In this document: positions 1 to 14,400 of the stretch, piece by piece
How the letters are laid out: each line of letters starts with the position of its first letter
Position numbering within the stretch: position 1 is the first letter of the stretch
Origin: Dimorphilus gyrociliatus
Lineage: Eukaryota; Animalia; Annelida
Length of the DNA stretch: 64,000 nt
Direction: 5' to 3'
NCBI GenBank assembly: GCA_904063045.1
Contig: CAJFCJ010000007.1
Coordinates: forward strand, 2,983,404-3,047,403
Made by a program: the position numbers and the translations under genes
Notes under the pieces: generated by a model
The model's input: only the letters and a program-made list of their open reading frames with translations
Database searches by the model: none
What the model was told of the DNA's origin: nothing

Positions 1-3000
1 AGCTATATCCTATTGGTAATTATATATTTTATACTAATGTTAATTATTAATAAGCTTTCTTCAACTTGACATTCTGACTCTCAGCTACAACAATCAAACT
101 ACATCAGCGTTTTAAATGCTGCTCTTATAAATCGAGATATCTCCTTCTCAAAGCGATTACAGTTGTCAACAAGTATTACGTTTGTCGTTATTATTTTACT
201 TTTTAATTTCTGTTCAATATTTTATTAAAGGTTTATTTGAACTATCTATTGACTTAACGGCTGGAGCAGACGCGTACAAACAAACTATTGCAAATGAAAA
301 AATATTCCAATCAAACCCAGTTCCATCAAATAACAGTTTTCATTGTTATATTTTAAATTATACGAGAGAAGGATTTGATACAAAGGGACAAACTTTGTCG
401 AACTCTAATGAAACTGTTGAAGATAATTATTTACTAAGATTGAAAGCTATCATTGAGAGTATTCAAGAAGTGACCAATAGCTTAACAGATAATATATTTC
501 AAAAATTTGACTCTTATCATTCGAAATTTGCAGTGAACTACAACAAAGTCTTTATACAGTTTGAAAAAGACAATTACTTAGCTATACAAGGAAAGTCATA
601 CTTATCGGAGAATGGTTTTGTCAAACTAAATATGATAAAAAATCTAAGCACAGGTGATATGTGCTTGCGAAGCAAAATAATAATGACTAGAGTTAATCCC
701 TATATGTGGGATAACTCCGCGTCGAATGTTACATCAACAGTAACTGAGTTTGAAATTCGACCTTGCGATTCAATATCAAAACAACCAACTAGAAAGAAGA
801 GAAGTATACAACAAGATACTCAAACTAACTTCTCACTTAGTCTGAATATGAAGAATACAAACAACGGTATTCAATATATAAACACTACAAAGAACACAGC
901 TCTGCATATTCTCAATGCAACAAGGAATATCCTCCTATTGACCTTCCATTTGAGAAGTGAAGATACCATGTCAGTCCTTATTGGTTACAATTTCAGACCT
1001 AGTAATGATAGGAAGAATGCATCGTTCATCTTACCAAATGTAAACAAAACATGCTCATCCAACCTGGATAGTGAAGACTGTGACGAATTGAGAAGGACCA
1101 TTATGCTTAGACCAAAAGAAAATGCAACAGTGATGGTTGTTGTTTCGTGTTCAAACTGTTCAAGTCAACTTCTCAACTATAGTATTCAAATAACATATCC
1201 ATTATGCAAAATGTGGACAGATGGCAGATGGCAAGAGAGAGATTCTTGTAAAATTGATCAAGAGACAACAGTATCAAAAACAAGATTTACGAGTAATCTA
1301 TTTGGGAGTTTGGGAGCTGGATTAGATATGGCCCCAAATCTTATAGACTTTGATACAGTGTTTGACGACTTTGCGAGCAAATTAGCTGATAATGCAGCTG
1401 TATTTGGAACAATATGCGCATTGTTAGCTCTTTTCATTCCCTTGGCTTTATTGGTAAGAAGAATGGATAAGAGAGATAGATTACTCTGGATGTCTGTACC
1501 ATTAATGGATAATAGGAAAGAAGATAACTATGAATATGAAATTCATGTCTACACCGGAAATGAAAAAGATGCAGGAACCAGTACAAAGGTGTCTCTAATA
1601 TGCTATGGAGCTGATTCAAGAACTAGAGAAAGAATTTTGGAATCTAGTGTTTCACATACATTTGAAAAAGGATCCGTTAAATCATTCATTATGACTACCA
1701 ACAAATCTCTTGGATACTTAGTTTGCTTGAAAGTATCCCTTGACAGACAAAAATTCTCTTATACTCCTTTTAATGATTGGTTTCTATCCAGAATAGTAAT
1801 TATTGATAAGGCTGCAAATACATGGTACAACTTTGATTGTGAACAGTGGCTATCTGATCAAGATGAAAACAGTGAAACTGAGAAGGTTCTTGTAGCAACG
1901 AGAAGTGGCATAAAACCTCAATTAAATCAACTACTTAAACGTAACTTCTTCCGACGTCTTACTGATGATCATTTGTGGGTATCTGTAGGGGCAAGAAGAA
2001 CCAAATCTCAATTTACAAGACTCCAAAGATTAACAGTTTGCTTCGTTGCTCTGTTCTTGTCAATGATTGCCAGCTGCATGTTTTACAGAGGTTCTGGAGA
2101 ATCTAAAGCTCAGTCTGGATTAACATTTGGTCCAGTGACTTTCACAGTCTACGAATTATATGTTGGATTGGCAAGTAGCGTTGTTGTATTTCCTGGATTG
2201 GTTCTGATTACATTATTATTCAATTCGAAAAAATGGCGGAAATACACTGTTCCTTTGGGATGGATTTTTGCTTTTCTAGCAGCATTTACAGCGGCATTCT
2301 TCACAGTTCTGTACTCGATTCAATGGGGAAAAGAAAAATCATTACAATGGTTAATGTCATTCTTTCTCTCATTTATACAAAGTATCATTTTGGTTCAACC
2401 AATCAAAGTAATAGTCGTTGTATTCTTGTTAACGTTCTTGTTTAAAAAGGATGCTGATCTAACTGAATACGAAGATAATATAGGTGATATGAAAAAGTTA
2501 GAAGAGGAGAATTTATCTCACATTCCAGCAGGTAGATTCTTTTATGTATAATGAAATAGATATTTCTAAATATATTCATTCTTAGAATTAGAAATTCAAG
2601 AACGTTTCAAAGATTCAGCTAGAGAAACAAGAGAAAGGAAAATTGAAAGAATTTTCGAGGAGAGGATGCAAAATATCGTAAAAAATATTTTCCTCCACAC
2701 TGTTTTTATGATATTTGTGTTGTTTATAGCTTATAATAACCAATCTCCAGATTTTTATCAGCAAAATAGGGCGCTTTACAATTTAATACCTCTAGTAAAA
2801 AAAGTTAAATCTCATGACAGTTTGTGGTTTTGGCTAGAGAATACAGCTATTCCCAGTTTATATCCTACAGCATATTATAATAAAGAAAACAGAAGCAAAT
2901 ATGATTTGAAATTTACAAAGGAATTGAATCATATGCGATTTTCATCAGTTAGACTATTACAAAAGCGAACAAATAAAGTAAAATGCAGAGCTGTTGAGAA

Positions 3001-4425
3001 ATTCCGAAGAGCGCTTGGTTTGCATAATTGCTATGGTAGTTTGTCTGATAATTCTATTTCCAACGAAAACTTTTCAAAGCATTGGTTACAATATAATGAA
3101 AATAATTCTCATCCTGCATTTTCATTTTCTGAAAAAGATGGGGGATATTCAATATATTTGGGAAAAACATACAATGAAGCTGTAAATGTTATTCGTGATC
3201 TTAAACGTTATGGTTGGACTGATAGGCAGACTCGCCTTATATCACTTGATATTTTAATTCTTAATCACCAAACTATTTCCCACGTTTCATGGAAATTTCG
3301 AACAAAGTCTATAGGTGGTGTCTTATCGAATATTCGAAGTGAATCTTTGAAATTATACAGATATACTGGATTTGTGGGATTGATTATCCTTACATTTGAA
3401 ATTTTATCAGTTGTGGCATGGCTTTTATGGACAATTCATTGCCTCTACCGTTTCGTAATGAGTTCAGAAATACCTGGATTTTTATTGTTTCTTTCTTTGT
3501 CTAGTTTCGCTTTTTCAATAGGAATATATGTATGGAGGACAGCTATAGGAGTAAAATTGGTTGAAAAATTGATGAAAGCAAGATCTGAATATACCGATTT
3601 TTCGGTATTCTTCAACGCTCATTACTATTTCATTATATTTACTGGGTTTTGTGGATTTTTCGGAGAATTACATATTTTAACAATGTTAAAACTATCCAGA
3701 ACGATATCAATCCTTGTCTGCACTCTTAAAAAGTCAAAAGGAGATTTATTAGGAATTGGATTTTGCTTATCCATAGTTTTCGTAGGTTACGCAAGTTGGG
3801 GATACCTTATGTTTGGTTATAATACAAAATCTTATCAGAGTTTTCAATACACTTGCTATTCTCTACTTGAAACTGTATTTGGTCATTTAGATTTCCAAGG
3901 CTTGTCTGAAACTTCTGGAAGCTTTGGAAAGTTTTATATAATATCCTACGGGTGTTTGATGTTATATTTCATCTTGAACATCTTTATAACAACATTAAGC
4001 GAATTTCTAACAAGCGTTCGAAGCAATCCTTCAGTTCTGCCTCCTGATCATAAAATTGTGAAATATTTGACAAAGGTATTCAGAGAGATATTTACTGGAA
4101 AGGCTAAACACCTGAAAACAATAAATAATGCAAGAAAACTAAAGTATGACGCGTATAGTGAGTTTATTATTTATTTGTCGCAACTATCAAGCAACTAAAT
4201 TAATTATCATATTTTTACGTAGTGCTCGTCGATCAAATTGAACTCTTGGAAAATGTTGTCCAACGCTGGCAATCAAAAGAAATCGACAACTTTGACATGT
4301 TAATGGAACATGTTGATAAAAATTTAGGAGTTATCTCTCTAAATTCTAATTTAAATATTAACGTAGACGATGAAAAATTAACCTCTGAACTTATCAAAAT
4401 ACTCGAAAATATTTCAAATGAATGA
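1..4425 (+). CDS. PKD1-like: Polycystin-1-like (PKD1/REJ family) receptor, 5'-truncated by the window edge: GAIN/GPS, TM1, PLAT, TM2-5, 6-TM polycystin channel module, C-terminal coiled coil
   Basis: ORFs 182-2551, 2666-4198 and 4222-4425 are joined by GT-AG introns 173-230, 2532-2585 and 4158-4222. Motifs seen: APNLIDF after the GPS, PLAT (YEIHVYTG...WFLSRIVI...FDCEQWLS), DDHLWVSV, FTRLQRLTVCF, VQPIKV, TOP loop and pore LLETVFGHLDF. Confidence 0.93.
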
Positions 4426-5443
4426 TCATAACTTAAAAGAATCATTGCAAAGTTTTGTCATATATTTCTGTCAATTATTTTAATAGAAATGCACTTAGTC
4501 CTTGATTATTGAACTTTTGTCATAATAATAAACTTTTTATAATTATAAAGTTTTTAGCTTTTGATAAACTACCATTTAATTGTTTACAAAAGGTGAAACT
4601 CTACTTTGAAATTAACAAGATTCAATCGATAGAGCTTTACCACTATTATGAATCACACTCCGTTTCATCATTAAATCTTTTGTAGCTGATATGTGAATAG
4701 ATTAAAAGAAATTAAAAAATATCATTGACCTTTACATACTAAATTCTTTTTCAACCTTTAATTAATATTTCACAAGACTTCTACTGTTATAAGACTTTAA
4801 AGCAACTTTCTCTTTAATTTTCCTAAGGTTTATTATAAAATAATCATAAAAAAGAAAAATGGAATTAATAAATAATAGTTCTATAGTAAAATATGCATGC
4901 AATACATGAATATGCTAACAATCTTTATGCTAATGTTGATTTTATCTTTACCCTAATATTTTTTGAATTATTGTCACTTTTCTTTCACTTTTAATCAAGT
5001 GCACCTGGAAAAGAAACACTTTGCAAACACATTATGCTTTATGCATTCTTTGGTTTTATCATTTTTTTTATCAATCTTTTTTTATCTTTAAAGTAACCAT
5101 GCAAGTAAAATCTCTTCATTAAAAATGTATATGTACTTTTTAACTTGTCATCCTACTAGTTCATGGTATTAGGCTGTAATCCTAATCTGTTATTTTCATT
5201 TTAATGTCAACTATTGTTTTTACCTACATAATTTATACTTGTAAGTGCTCTTTTTTCTACACAGTCATTCTTGTGCACCTGCCATTATACTTACAAATAC
5301 GATCAAAGCATAGTGACCAATGACAAACAACCTTTCCAGACATTGGCCTAGAGCTCTAGGAAAAAAACTGAAAAAGTAGATTGCCAGTGTAAATTTCTAT
5401 TAACTAGTGAAATGAAAACGTACTGAATAGGTTTATCTTTAAA

Positions 5444-8400
5444 ATGATAAAGATTGTACTCTTTCTAATTTTACTTGAACTCTCACTTGGCAATGGTAAG
5501 TAAAGTTCTCTTTATTCTTTTTCCAATAACCTCTATTAACTGTAACAAAATAGCTAAACATTGCAAGGATGGCTGGATCAGACATCTTGATAAATGCTAT
5601 TCCATTATCAAAAACATTCCGCAAGGTCCCACGACGTTAAGCAGTATATGTGAAGAACAAAATGCAACTTTAGTTAGTGTTAATTCTACGAGATTACAAT
5701 CTTGGGTTGAACAATTGATCTGGAAATCAGGAAGTACTAACACTTTTCTAGGACTGTTTAGAACCAACACATCCTTATCTTGGAGACAAGACTTTACTTG
5801 GTTTGATGGAAAAGATGTAGATTTTCATTTCTTCCATCCAAAGCTTCAGCCTTTTAAAACTGAAAAGGAGAATTTTACAGTAATTAATAGCAATGGATTT
5901 TGGTATGATTCTGTTAGAGACAAAAACTACAACCTTCTCTGCGCGTATATCGAGGGTAACACAGACAAATAGTGGAAACTTTAGATGCATTTGTATTAAT
6001 ATATATTTATGTTACTTTTAGCTGATGAAACGGAATGTAATCCAGTTTGGTATATGACTTATAGAAAGGCTAGTGCTCAAACGATCCTAAAACAACTTGT
6101 CATGGACAGAATACCTTGCCAGGAGGTTATTACGAATTTAATGTTAATGTATTAATAATTCAAATTTAAAATATTTTCTTGAAATACATCTCTAGGAATG
6201 CTTCCAAAAGATATATGGTGATTGCAAAGCAATAACTTGGAACTATCGTTCTAAGACGTGTAAACATTACTCTGAAAAAATGTATGCTGATAATGCAAAT
6301 AAGTTTTCTTACAACGCTTATGTTAATCATTATCAATATGAATGCGAAGGGAAAGTTGCTGTGTCAACTTGCACAGCAGAATTTAATATTGAAGATTTAT
6401 CAGACGCAAACTTTCAATCTTCGTCCTCATATACCAACGTAAAGCCTCATGACGTCAAATTGAATAATTATATCAAACCAAATAATTATGGAGCGTTTAG
6501 ATTTGGTACTGTTGATAAGTTTCAGTGGTTACAAATACGATTTGAAAGTTTTATTAATATGAGTGGATACTCTCTTCTTGGCGGAAATTTATTGGATAGA
6601 CATTACATTATCAATCACTATTTACTATACAGTTTAAATTGTGAATCATTTGAATATTATCACAGTGATTCAGTCCAGCAAATGGTGAGAATATTTTCAA
6701 AATAACTCCATCTTTAATTTATTAAAATGTATTATATTTCAATATTAGCCCATGCCGGGAAATAAACCATGGTCTTCTATAAAAGTTATACTGTTAGAGA
6801 ATCCAATTGCTGCTAAGTGCATTCGAATTAATCCTAGCGATTGGACAGTTTCACCATCATTCAGAATCTCCATTCGAGGATGTATTATTCCAGATGTGAA
6901 TATTCTTGGTAGATTAGCTTTATCAAAAATTTAAAGAATTCTTTACTTTTTTCACATTTATTCCAGAAACTTATGGCCATAAGTTGGGGATGGGATCTGG
7001 TCATATTGAGGATACGCAACTAACTACTAGTAACTATGCAACTGCATCCGTCATCCATTATCCACCCTTCTTAGCTAGATTCTATGGCAGAAAAGCGGAC
7101 TTTTCATTTCAAAAGCCTTGCTGGGAAACTAGCTTACGAGATAGCTGGTTTCAAGTTAATTTCGTACAGGATATTCAGCTGCAGTCACTCACTGTAAGTC
7201 AATCTCCATTTTGCTCTGGATATATAGCGAAATTTACGATTGCATTGGGATTGTATCCTGAGGACTTGGATACAAAATTGAAGGATATCGACGGGAACAT
7301 AATATATTTTGAAGGGACACCAATTGCTTTACAACCTATTATTTACATCTTGAAATCACAAATTAGAGCACGTTATGTGAGAATTTATGGTTTTTCTTTT
7401 GTTAGCTCTGGTGGTTCTGTATTTGAGTTTTATGGTAAACTGGATGGTTAGTTTGAAAATTTTTTCTATTTTCCTCTTCTGTTAATTCTGATTATATTTT
7501 GTAGTAACTTGTCCAAAGCTCAATGCTGATATAACAGTAACGCCCTCTTGTCCTCTACCTAAGAATACTGTACTATTCTTTGATAAGGAAACAAATTCAT
7601 CTTATACAAGAACAGAATCAGCAATGCTAATCAATTTGTCATTTTTGTATCATTTAACATCCTTTCAATTTACTTGGAAAAAACTTCCTACCCCAAACTG
7701 GCAATTAGAGTGGTCAAGAGAAAATGAAATATGGAAACCACTTGATCAATATACAACAACAATGCCAGATGATCTAACTATGAATATAACTTTTAAGAAT
7801 CGTCATACAGCTAGTAAACTACTCTTAACATTTTGGCATACTAACTCAAATTTCAACTTTCCTTGTGCCGATATTTCTATAGATGGTTGTGAGGCGGAAA
7901 TTTGCCCGCCGAATACAATGAATTACCTTGACTCTTGTTATGTTTTTATACCAGGGTTTATAACAGGTTTAGATACAATGTATCACGTTTGCGATAATAC
8001 TGAATGGACAGATAAAGCTCACTTGATAACCATCTCTTCTTATGAAGAAAATGCTATTCTAAGCAATTTAGCTTACAGGTTTGAATCTACTACCTATTCA
8101 CATATAATTATATACACTCTGTTTCTTTTTAACAGTTACAGCCAGCCTTATTTTATTGGATATGCTCTAAATGAAACAATACCTGAAAAGCCTTTTTTTG
8201 AATTAATTCTTCCGAATTATCAATGGGAGTGGGTAGATAAAGAAATGAATAACTTTTCAAATTGGCTGCGAGATTATACAGGCGGACAGCCAGAAGATAA
8301 AACTAAGAGCTGCGTCAGACATTCAGGAAGAGATGTTCATGCTTGGGAGGCAGTAGATTGTTCTGTTCCAGCCTATTACGCTTGTGAAATAAAAAATAAT

Positions 8401-11400
8401 AGTTAATTTTAATTTTTAGGCTTATTAAATTGTTGTTTAATGTTAAAAATATCAATTTAGGGAAAGAAATGAGCAAAAAATTGAGATGGTTACCTTACAT
8501 CAATAGAGTATTGAACACTAACTTTAAGAAAACTACGATTACTGCATTCAGCGCCGATGGTTGTGCCTATTATTGCGAAATGGAACAAAGATACGAATGC
8601 AAGGGTTTTTCATTCAAGAAACCTACCTGTTATTTATATGCAGGTACTTCTCTTGAAGGTATATCGAAAGGTTTAGGTTGGATATCTTGGGAAAAGTACA
8701 TAGATAGAGATAAATGTGAGGATGGCTTATTATATGGACCAAATAGCATAAAAGACATAGAAATAACATCGAATGTTTTATCGCAAGCCTCTAACAATCT
8801 CAGCAGACTATTTATGAACTTTCGACAATTTAATACTTACAAAGATCCTATTAATGAAGGTTATTTTAAAGCTGCTTCTTCAAACCCATATATACTTGTA
8901 AGTCTCTGAAATAACATTATGTTCACTTTCGGTTTATATTTATATTTTGCAGATAAACTTTAAGAAGCTGGTAAAAATAAACCGACTTGCTATTGAAGGA
9001 GCCGGAAGTACATTGGCCAATTGGGTGGTTGATTTTCAAATGGAAGTAAGTAATGATAGTGAAATATGGCAAGTTGTAATGAATTCAAAGGGAGAATCAA
9101 GGGTATGTTATTAATTTCATAGCCAAAGTTGTTGTTTGCAATTGTTTTTCATGTTTGAAGTTATTTTTGGGCAACATAAACCAGAATCTGCCTGTTCAGA
9201 ATAGTTTCTATCCAACACTTGTAACAAAAGTTGTTCATCTTCAATCAATAAGCTATCACATCGCTCCTACATTAAGATTAGAATTTTTTGGCTGTTCTTA
9301 TTCTTTAAAAGACGATCAAGCCAAAGGCCCTCTTGCTAAAGCGCTTGGTTTAGCCAACTTCTATATCTTGGATTCTCAATTATCAGCCGGTTATTTTTTT
9401 TATGCTGATGGAACAATAAACGAAATTCGACCTGGTTGTAATCCAATATTTGGTGGTAACAAAGGATTCTTTATTTCAAAATATAAGCATCTAAACAATT
9501 TTTGGCAAGTTGATTTAGGATACCAGCATTTAGTAACTTATGTTGTTCTTCAAGGGGCATGTCAATCAAATTTCCACATTTTAGCGTTTAGTATTCAATA
9601 TGCAAATGACTTTGACTCTTGGAAAGATGACGAACAAGATGATGGTACAAAACGAATTTATAAATCTCAAAGAGACAATAAAAGATGGCGTGCTGAATTT
9701 GCAAAGAATATACAAGCTCGAATTTTCAGGTTTTGGAGGGAGGGCAGTTTCGTCGTAGAAGGGGCTGTTACAATGGAAATTTATGGTTACCCTATAGAAA
9801 ATGAATTTTATATCCTAAACAAAACGGAATCTTTTCCAAAGAATATAACGGCTTCATCAGAAAATAATTCTACATCAATAGCATCTTTAGCATTTGGAGA
9901 TCCAAGCACATTTTGGTGCATATTAAATAATGATTCGAGTCCATGGTGGTTTATTGATTTTGATCAAATCTACTATGTAAATCGACTAGCCATTTACTAT
10001 AGAGATAATATAACTAATGAAGCTTGTGATGACATAATTATATTAGGTTCACAATATAATGAAACCAATCTGAATGATTTATCTGAGGTTTGTTTAGCTT
10101 TATTTCTTTATTCACAAAATTTTAACCCTCAATAATTTTTAAGGGATCATATTGCTTTTTTTCTGAAACCGGAACATCTATGTACTTTGCACCGGCATTA
10201 AGAATCCGTTTTCTAAAGTTTTTAATCAATAATACTGCTGATTGCATAAGATTTGAAATATATGGTAAGGTAGCTCCTGTCTGTCCCCCTGGATCAGCGA
10301 GACATCTTGACAAATGCTATCTTTCATCGAATTCAAAAGATACACGAGATAAAGCCGAATCATTCTGTAAATCTGGTTTGAATTGGAAAAGTGAAGGATA
10401 TATAGTTAGACCAAAGAGTTTTCTGGAACAAACATTTGCAACTTTGTTAATTTATGAAAAGTAGTTTAATTAAATACAATTTAGGAGTATACTGTATATT
10501 ATAATTTCTGTATTTTATAAATATTTCCAATACAGATTCGGTTTAAGCAATTATTTTATTGGATTAAAGAACCTTGGACCAAACTATTTTCAATGGGATA
10601 ATGGCGAAAATCTGACAACTACTCTTATTAGACTGCCTGACTTTAATCCAGAGACTTTTAGTCCAACTAAAACATGTACTGTTGGAACGAGAGAGTATGC
10701 TACAGTTGCATGTTCAACGCCTGCTTTAGTAGTGTGTGAAACGGAAGCAAACGGTAATTAAATTTCTTTGAGTTATATCTAAATAATGACGCTTATTTCA
10801 TATCAAAGAGCCTGATAATAGAGGGGATAGAGATGTTGATGATTGTAGACCTTCATGGAGCAAGCAAACGCAGAGACTGGTACTTAGTGATCCACCTATT
10901 ATTCTGAATGCTGTAACTCTCGAACAATGTATGGATTATTGTCTTAATCATAAAGATATATGTAAATCATTCAATTATCAAAATTTGTAAGTTTCCTAAT
11001 CTCGTAGGCTAACAGATATTTTAGAACCCTTAGTTTTCAATACTTTTTAGGTTGTATTCTTCGACTGCATGCGAGATAAATAATAAAACAGCAACTGATG
11101 TAAACTATTCTGGAGTACAAGCAACTAATTCATATACGTACTACGAATATATTTGTTTTGATTTTACTACCACTCGTCTTTTACCTGAATACTCAGAAAG
11201 AGAGGAAGAATTTGGCATAAAATCAAAAATTTTCAACAGCTTTGATTCAGTCCGAATTATTTATAATCTCTATGGAGTAGCAGCTAATTCTTACAACATT
11301 CTAATTGGCAAAAATACTCACTTTTCTTATCTTCAAATTGATTTTCCAAAAACAGTAAAATTATTGGCATTTTCTACCCATGGTTCATGGTCCACTGCTT

Positions 11401-14400
11401 TTTATACTAAAAGTGGAGGTTTCTACTATAAAGTAAATAATTATGATCATTGGATCCCTCATAGAAATAGCAACGGAGTTTGGATAGTAAGCTTTATAAG
11501 TTTTAAATTCCTATAAATACTATTATTAACATATTTTAGGATTATCGGTTAATTCAATCTAGGGATTTTGTATTGCATATGGCATTCAAACCAACTATTT
11601 TGTGCGAAAGCTTAAGATTTGCCGCTGGACAGTATAAAACTGTACCAACTTATGCCCTTCAAGTATATGGGGAATATATAGACAAAGCTCCAGATACTTG
11701 TGACCATCCCCTAGGTCTTGAAAATCCTTCAATGATAACAGATATGCAAATAACTGCTGCAAGTTATACTGCTTTAAGTTATCCGACGTATTCTCAATGC
11801 GTTCGTTACAATTATCAAGGAGGGTGTTGGCTTCATTCTACTCCTACATATATTCAATTTGACCTCATCAATTTATATAAAATTTCTGGTTTTGTGTTTC
11901 AAATATGTGATTCTACTTCTCGTACATACATAACAAGATGCCAATATCATTACAGTTTAAAAAGGAGTGAAGATTGGAAAATTTATAGTGAAAATGGAGA
12001 AAATGAGGTAATATATCTTCGGAGAGTAAATTACAAGAATGTATTTTACTATAGCTTTTCTTTAGTTAAGAGTTTCAGGAGCTAACCCACTTGATAAATC
12101 AATGAATTACAAGATTAATTTAAAACATATAACTTATGCTAAATTTGTAAGAATCTATCCAACGGCAAAAGTAGGACACTATGGATTTCGTTTGGAAATA
12201 ATTGGTTGTATTGTCCGTAAGTATTCTGTGTTTTAATTTTGTCAGTTAAGTATACTCTATATAATATATAATTTATATAATATATGTATATCAATAGAGG
12301 AAGGTCTACTTGAACAAAATTCTAGAAGTTCTATTAAATTAATAAATGAAATTGATGCTATGAACGAAATTTTCTCTTGGGAACCTATTAATGAAATGAC
12401 AAATTTAACTTGTATTGGTGATACCAGCATTGATTTTATTAACATATTAAAGATGGATTTTACTATTGCATACAAAATCACTGGTTTTCGAATTGTATCC
12501 AATTTAACGCATCGCCTTAACATTTCATTTGAGCACGGTATCAAAAATATAAACATGACGACTTATGAAGAAGGAATAGACTATATTACTAATAATGTAT
12601 ACTTTAGCATATTATCTTACTTTTTATGAATATTTTTGTCTTCTGCAGACTATCCATGATATTTTCCTATCTTTTCCCATTGTTGCAAGATATTTGTTCA
12701 TAACTGTTAGAAATATATCCAGCGCATGCTTAAAATTAACAATGAATGCAGCTTCACAAGGATGTAAGAGATCTTTACAATAAGTTTCTTGCTCAAATTT
12801 TTTTACCTGTTTCTTCAATTGTTAAGATTGTCCTCCATCATATTACCTTTTTGGAAAAAAATGCTTTACTGCATCTTCAACATTGGGTAGTCTGACTTAT
12901 GCTACAGAAAAGTGTACAAATTGGAATGGATACTCAGGCTTAACAACTATGAAAAGAAATAACCACCAATTTGTGAACTTTATGTCTGCAGTGGCTTACA
13001 AGTAAATATGTTTTATTGCAAGATAAAATTTTAATAGCTTTGCTCAAAGATCTAGGTCATTTTTTATTGGCATTCGTAAGATCAACAATCAATGGATGTG
13101 GGATGACGGAGATCCAGCTAGCAATAACTTGGAGAAAACCAAGATTACAGGAAGTAAAGTGTGTTTACTGATGTTCAACACTGGATGGATTATTCCAACC
13201 AACTGTATTAGCAAATACAGCTTCTCTTGTGAGACTGAAGCTCTTGGTTCGTAAACAAAAATGTGCATGAATTCGTAACCATAAGTGTATTATTCTTTTC
13301 TGAAGGTTTTGAAGATGAATTGTATGATAAACAATGGCTGGCTTATTTTTCGATTGATCTGGAGACAAACCTCACGAGTATTACTTTTGATACAATTCTT
13401 CTAACTCAATACGAATGCATGAAAGCATGCGAAGAAGAAACTAGATTTAGATGCCTAGCTTTTAGGGTTTTTGATAATCTTCAAAAGTGTACTCTCTACT
13501 CAGCCAATAGATTTAGTTCTCAAACTGTCCTCAAAGAAAATGTAGCACGAAGCATATATTTTGAATTGTTTCATTCAGGTATTTGCCAAACATTTAAAAT
13601 CTTGCAAAAAAAACTTATTAATATACTCTGTACAGGAAAGTGTTCGGAATCACTTCTGTCCAGTGGATCATATGGTACAACTTGGAATGTCTCGTCAGAA
13701 TTTTCTACAGACAGGGCAACATACCTCAATTTTCAACATAAAAGTACAAGTCAACTAAGTTGGAGACCTGCTAGCAGCGATGTCTTGCCTTGGTTTCTTG
13801 TCTTTTTTGATATGACACTTTCATTATCACATTTTATCTTGGGCGGAAATGCAAACCCTAATTTTGCCTATTATGTAACTGATTTTACTCTCAAATCTTC
13901 TTTTGATTTAATCACCTGGAAGAATATTACAGCAATTGATGGTACAAATACTTTTAAGGGTCTTGTGAAATATGATTTTACTAAAACATACATATTTTCC
14001 GAATCAAACTATGCGAGATATTTGCTTTTGAACATTCAAAAGTTTGAGACCAGTGCAAATGCAAGATTTGAAGTATATGGTTGTATTGATATCATTGTAG
14101 ATTGCCAGAGTATCAAATCTATAACATGCCAAAACAATTGGAATATTATTGGTCTAAAATTATCTAGTAGAGATAAATGGTTTAAAAGCTGGTATGATTA
14201 TACAAATGGTTTCTCAACAAGTGTGGAACTATGGGCTGGAAACTATCATATATCAAAACTGACTAACTACAGGTCATACGTTGTTAGATTTGATATGTGG
14301 TCAAAAGATGGAGAGCATATCTATGCAGAATTTTCTCAAATCATAGTTCGACCAGAGATGGAATCATTTACCTTAGAGTTAAAAAAATTCTTGAGGGGCA

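Noticed and set aside
5347-5360. Perfect 14-bp palindrome CCTAGAGCTCTAGG about 85 nt upstream of the giant gene ATG
   Set aside because: A few palindromes of this length are expected by chance in 64 kb, and it matches no motif I can name. I found no convincing RFX X-box.
12008-12216. Suspected frameshift in the eighth discoidin domain, where the ORF track has a gap
   Set aside because: On re-reading, exon 12066-12216 is fully open (LRVSGANPLDKSMNYKINLKHITYAKFVRIYP...LEIIGC). It simply has no start codon for the ORF finder.
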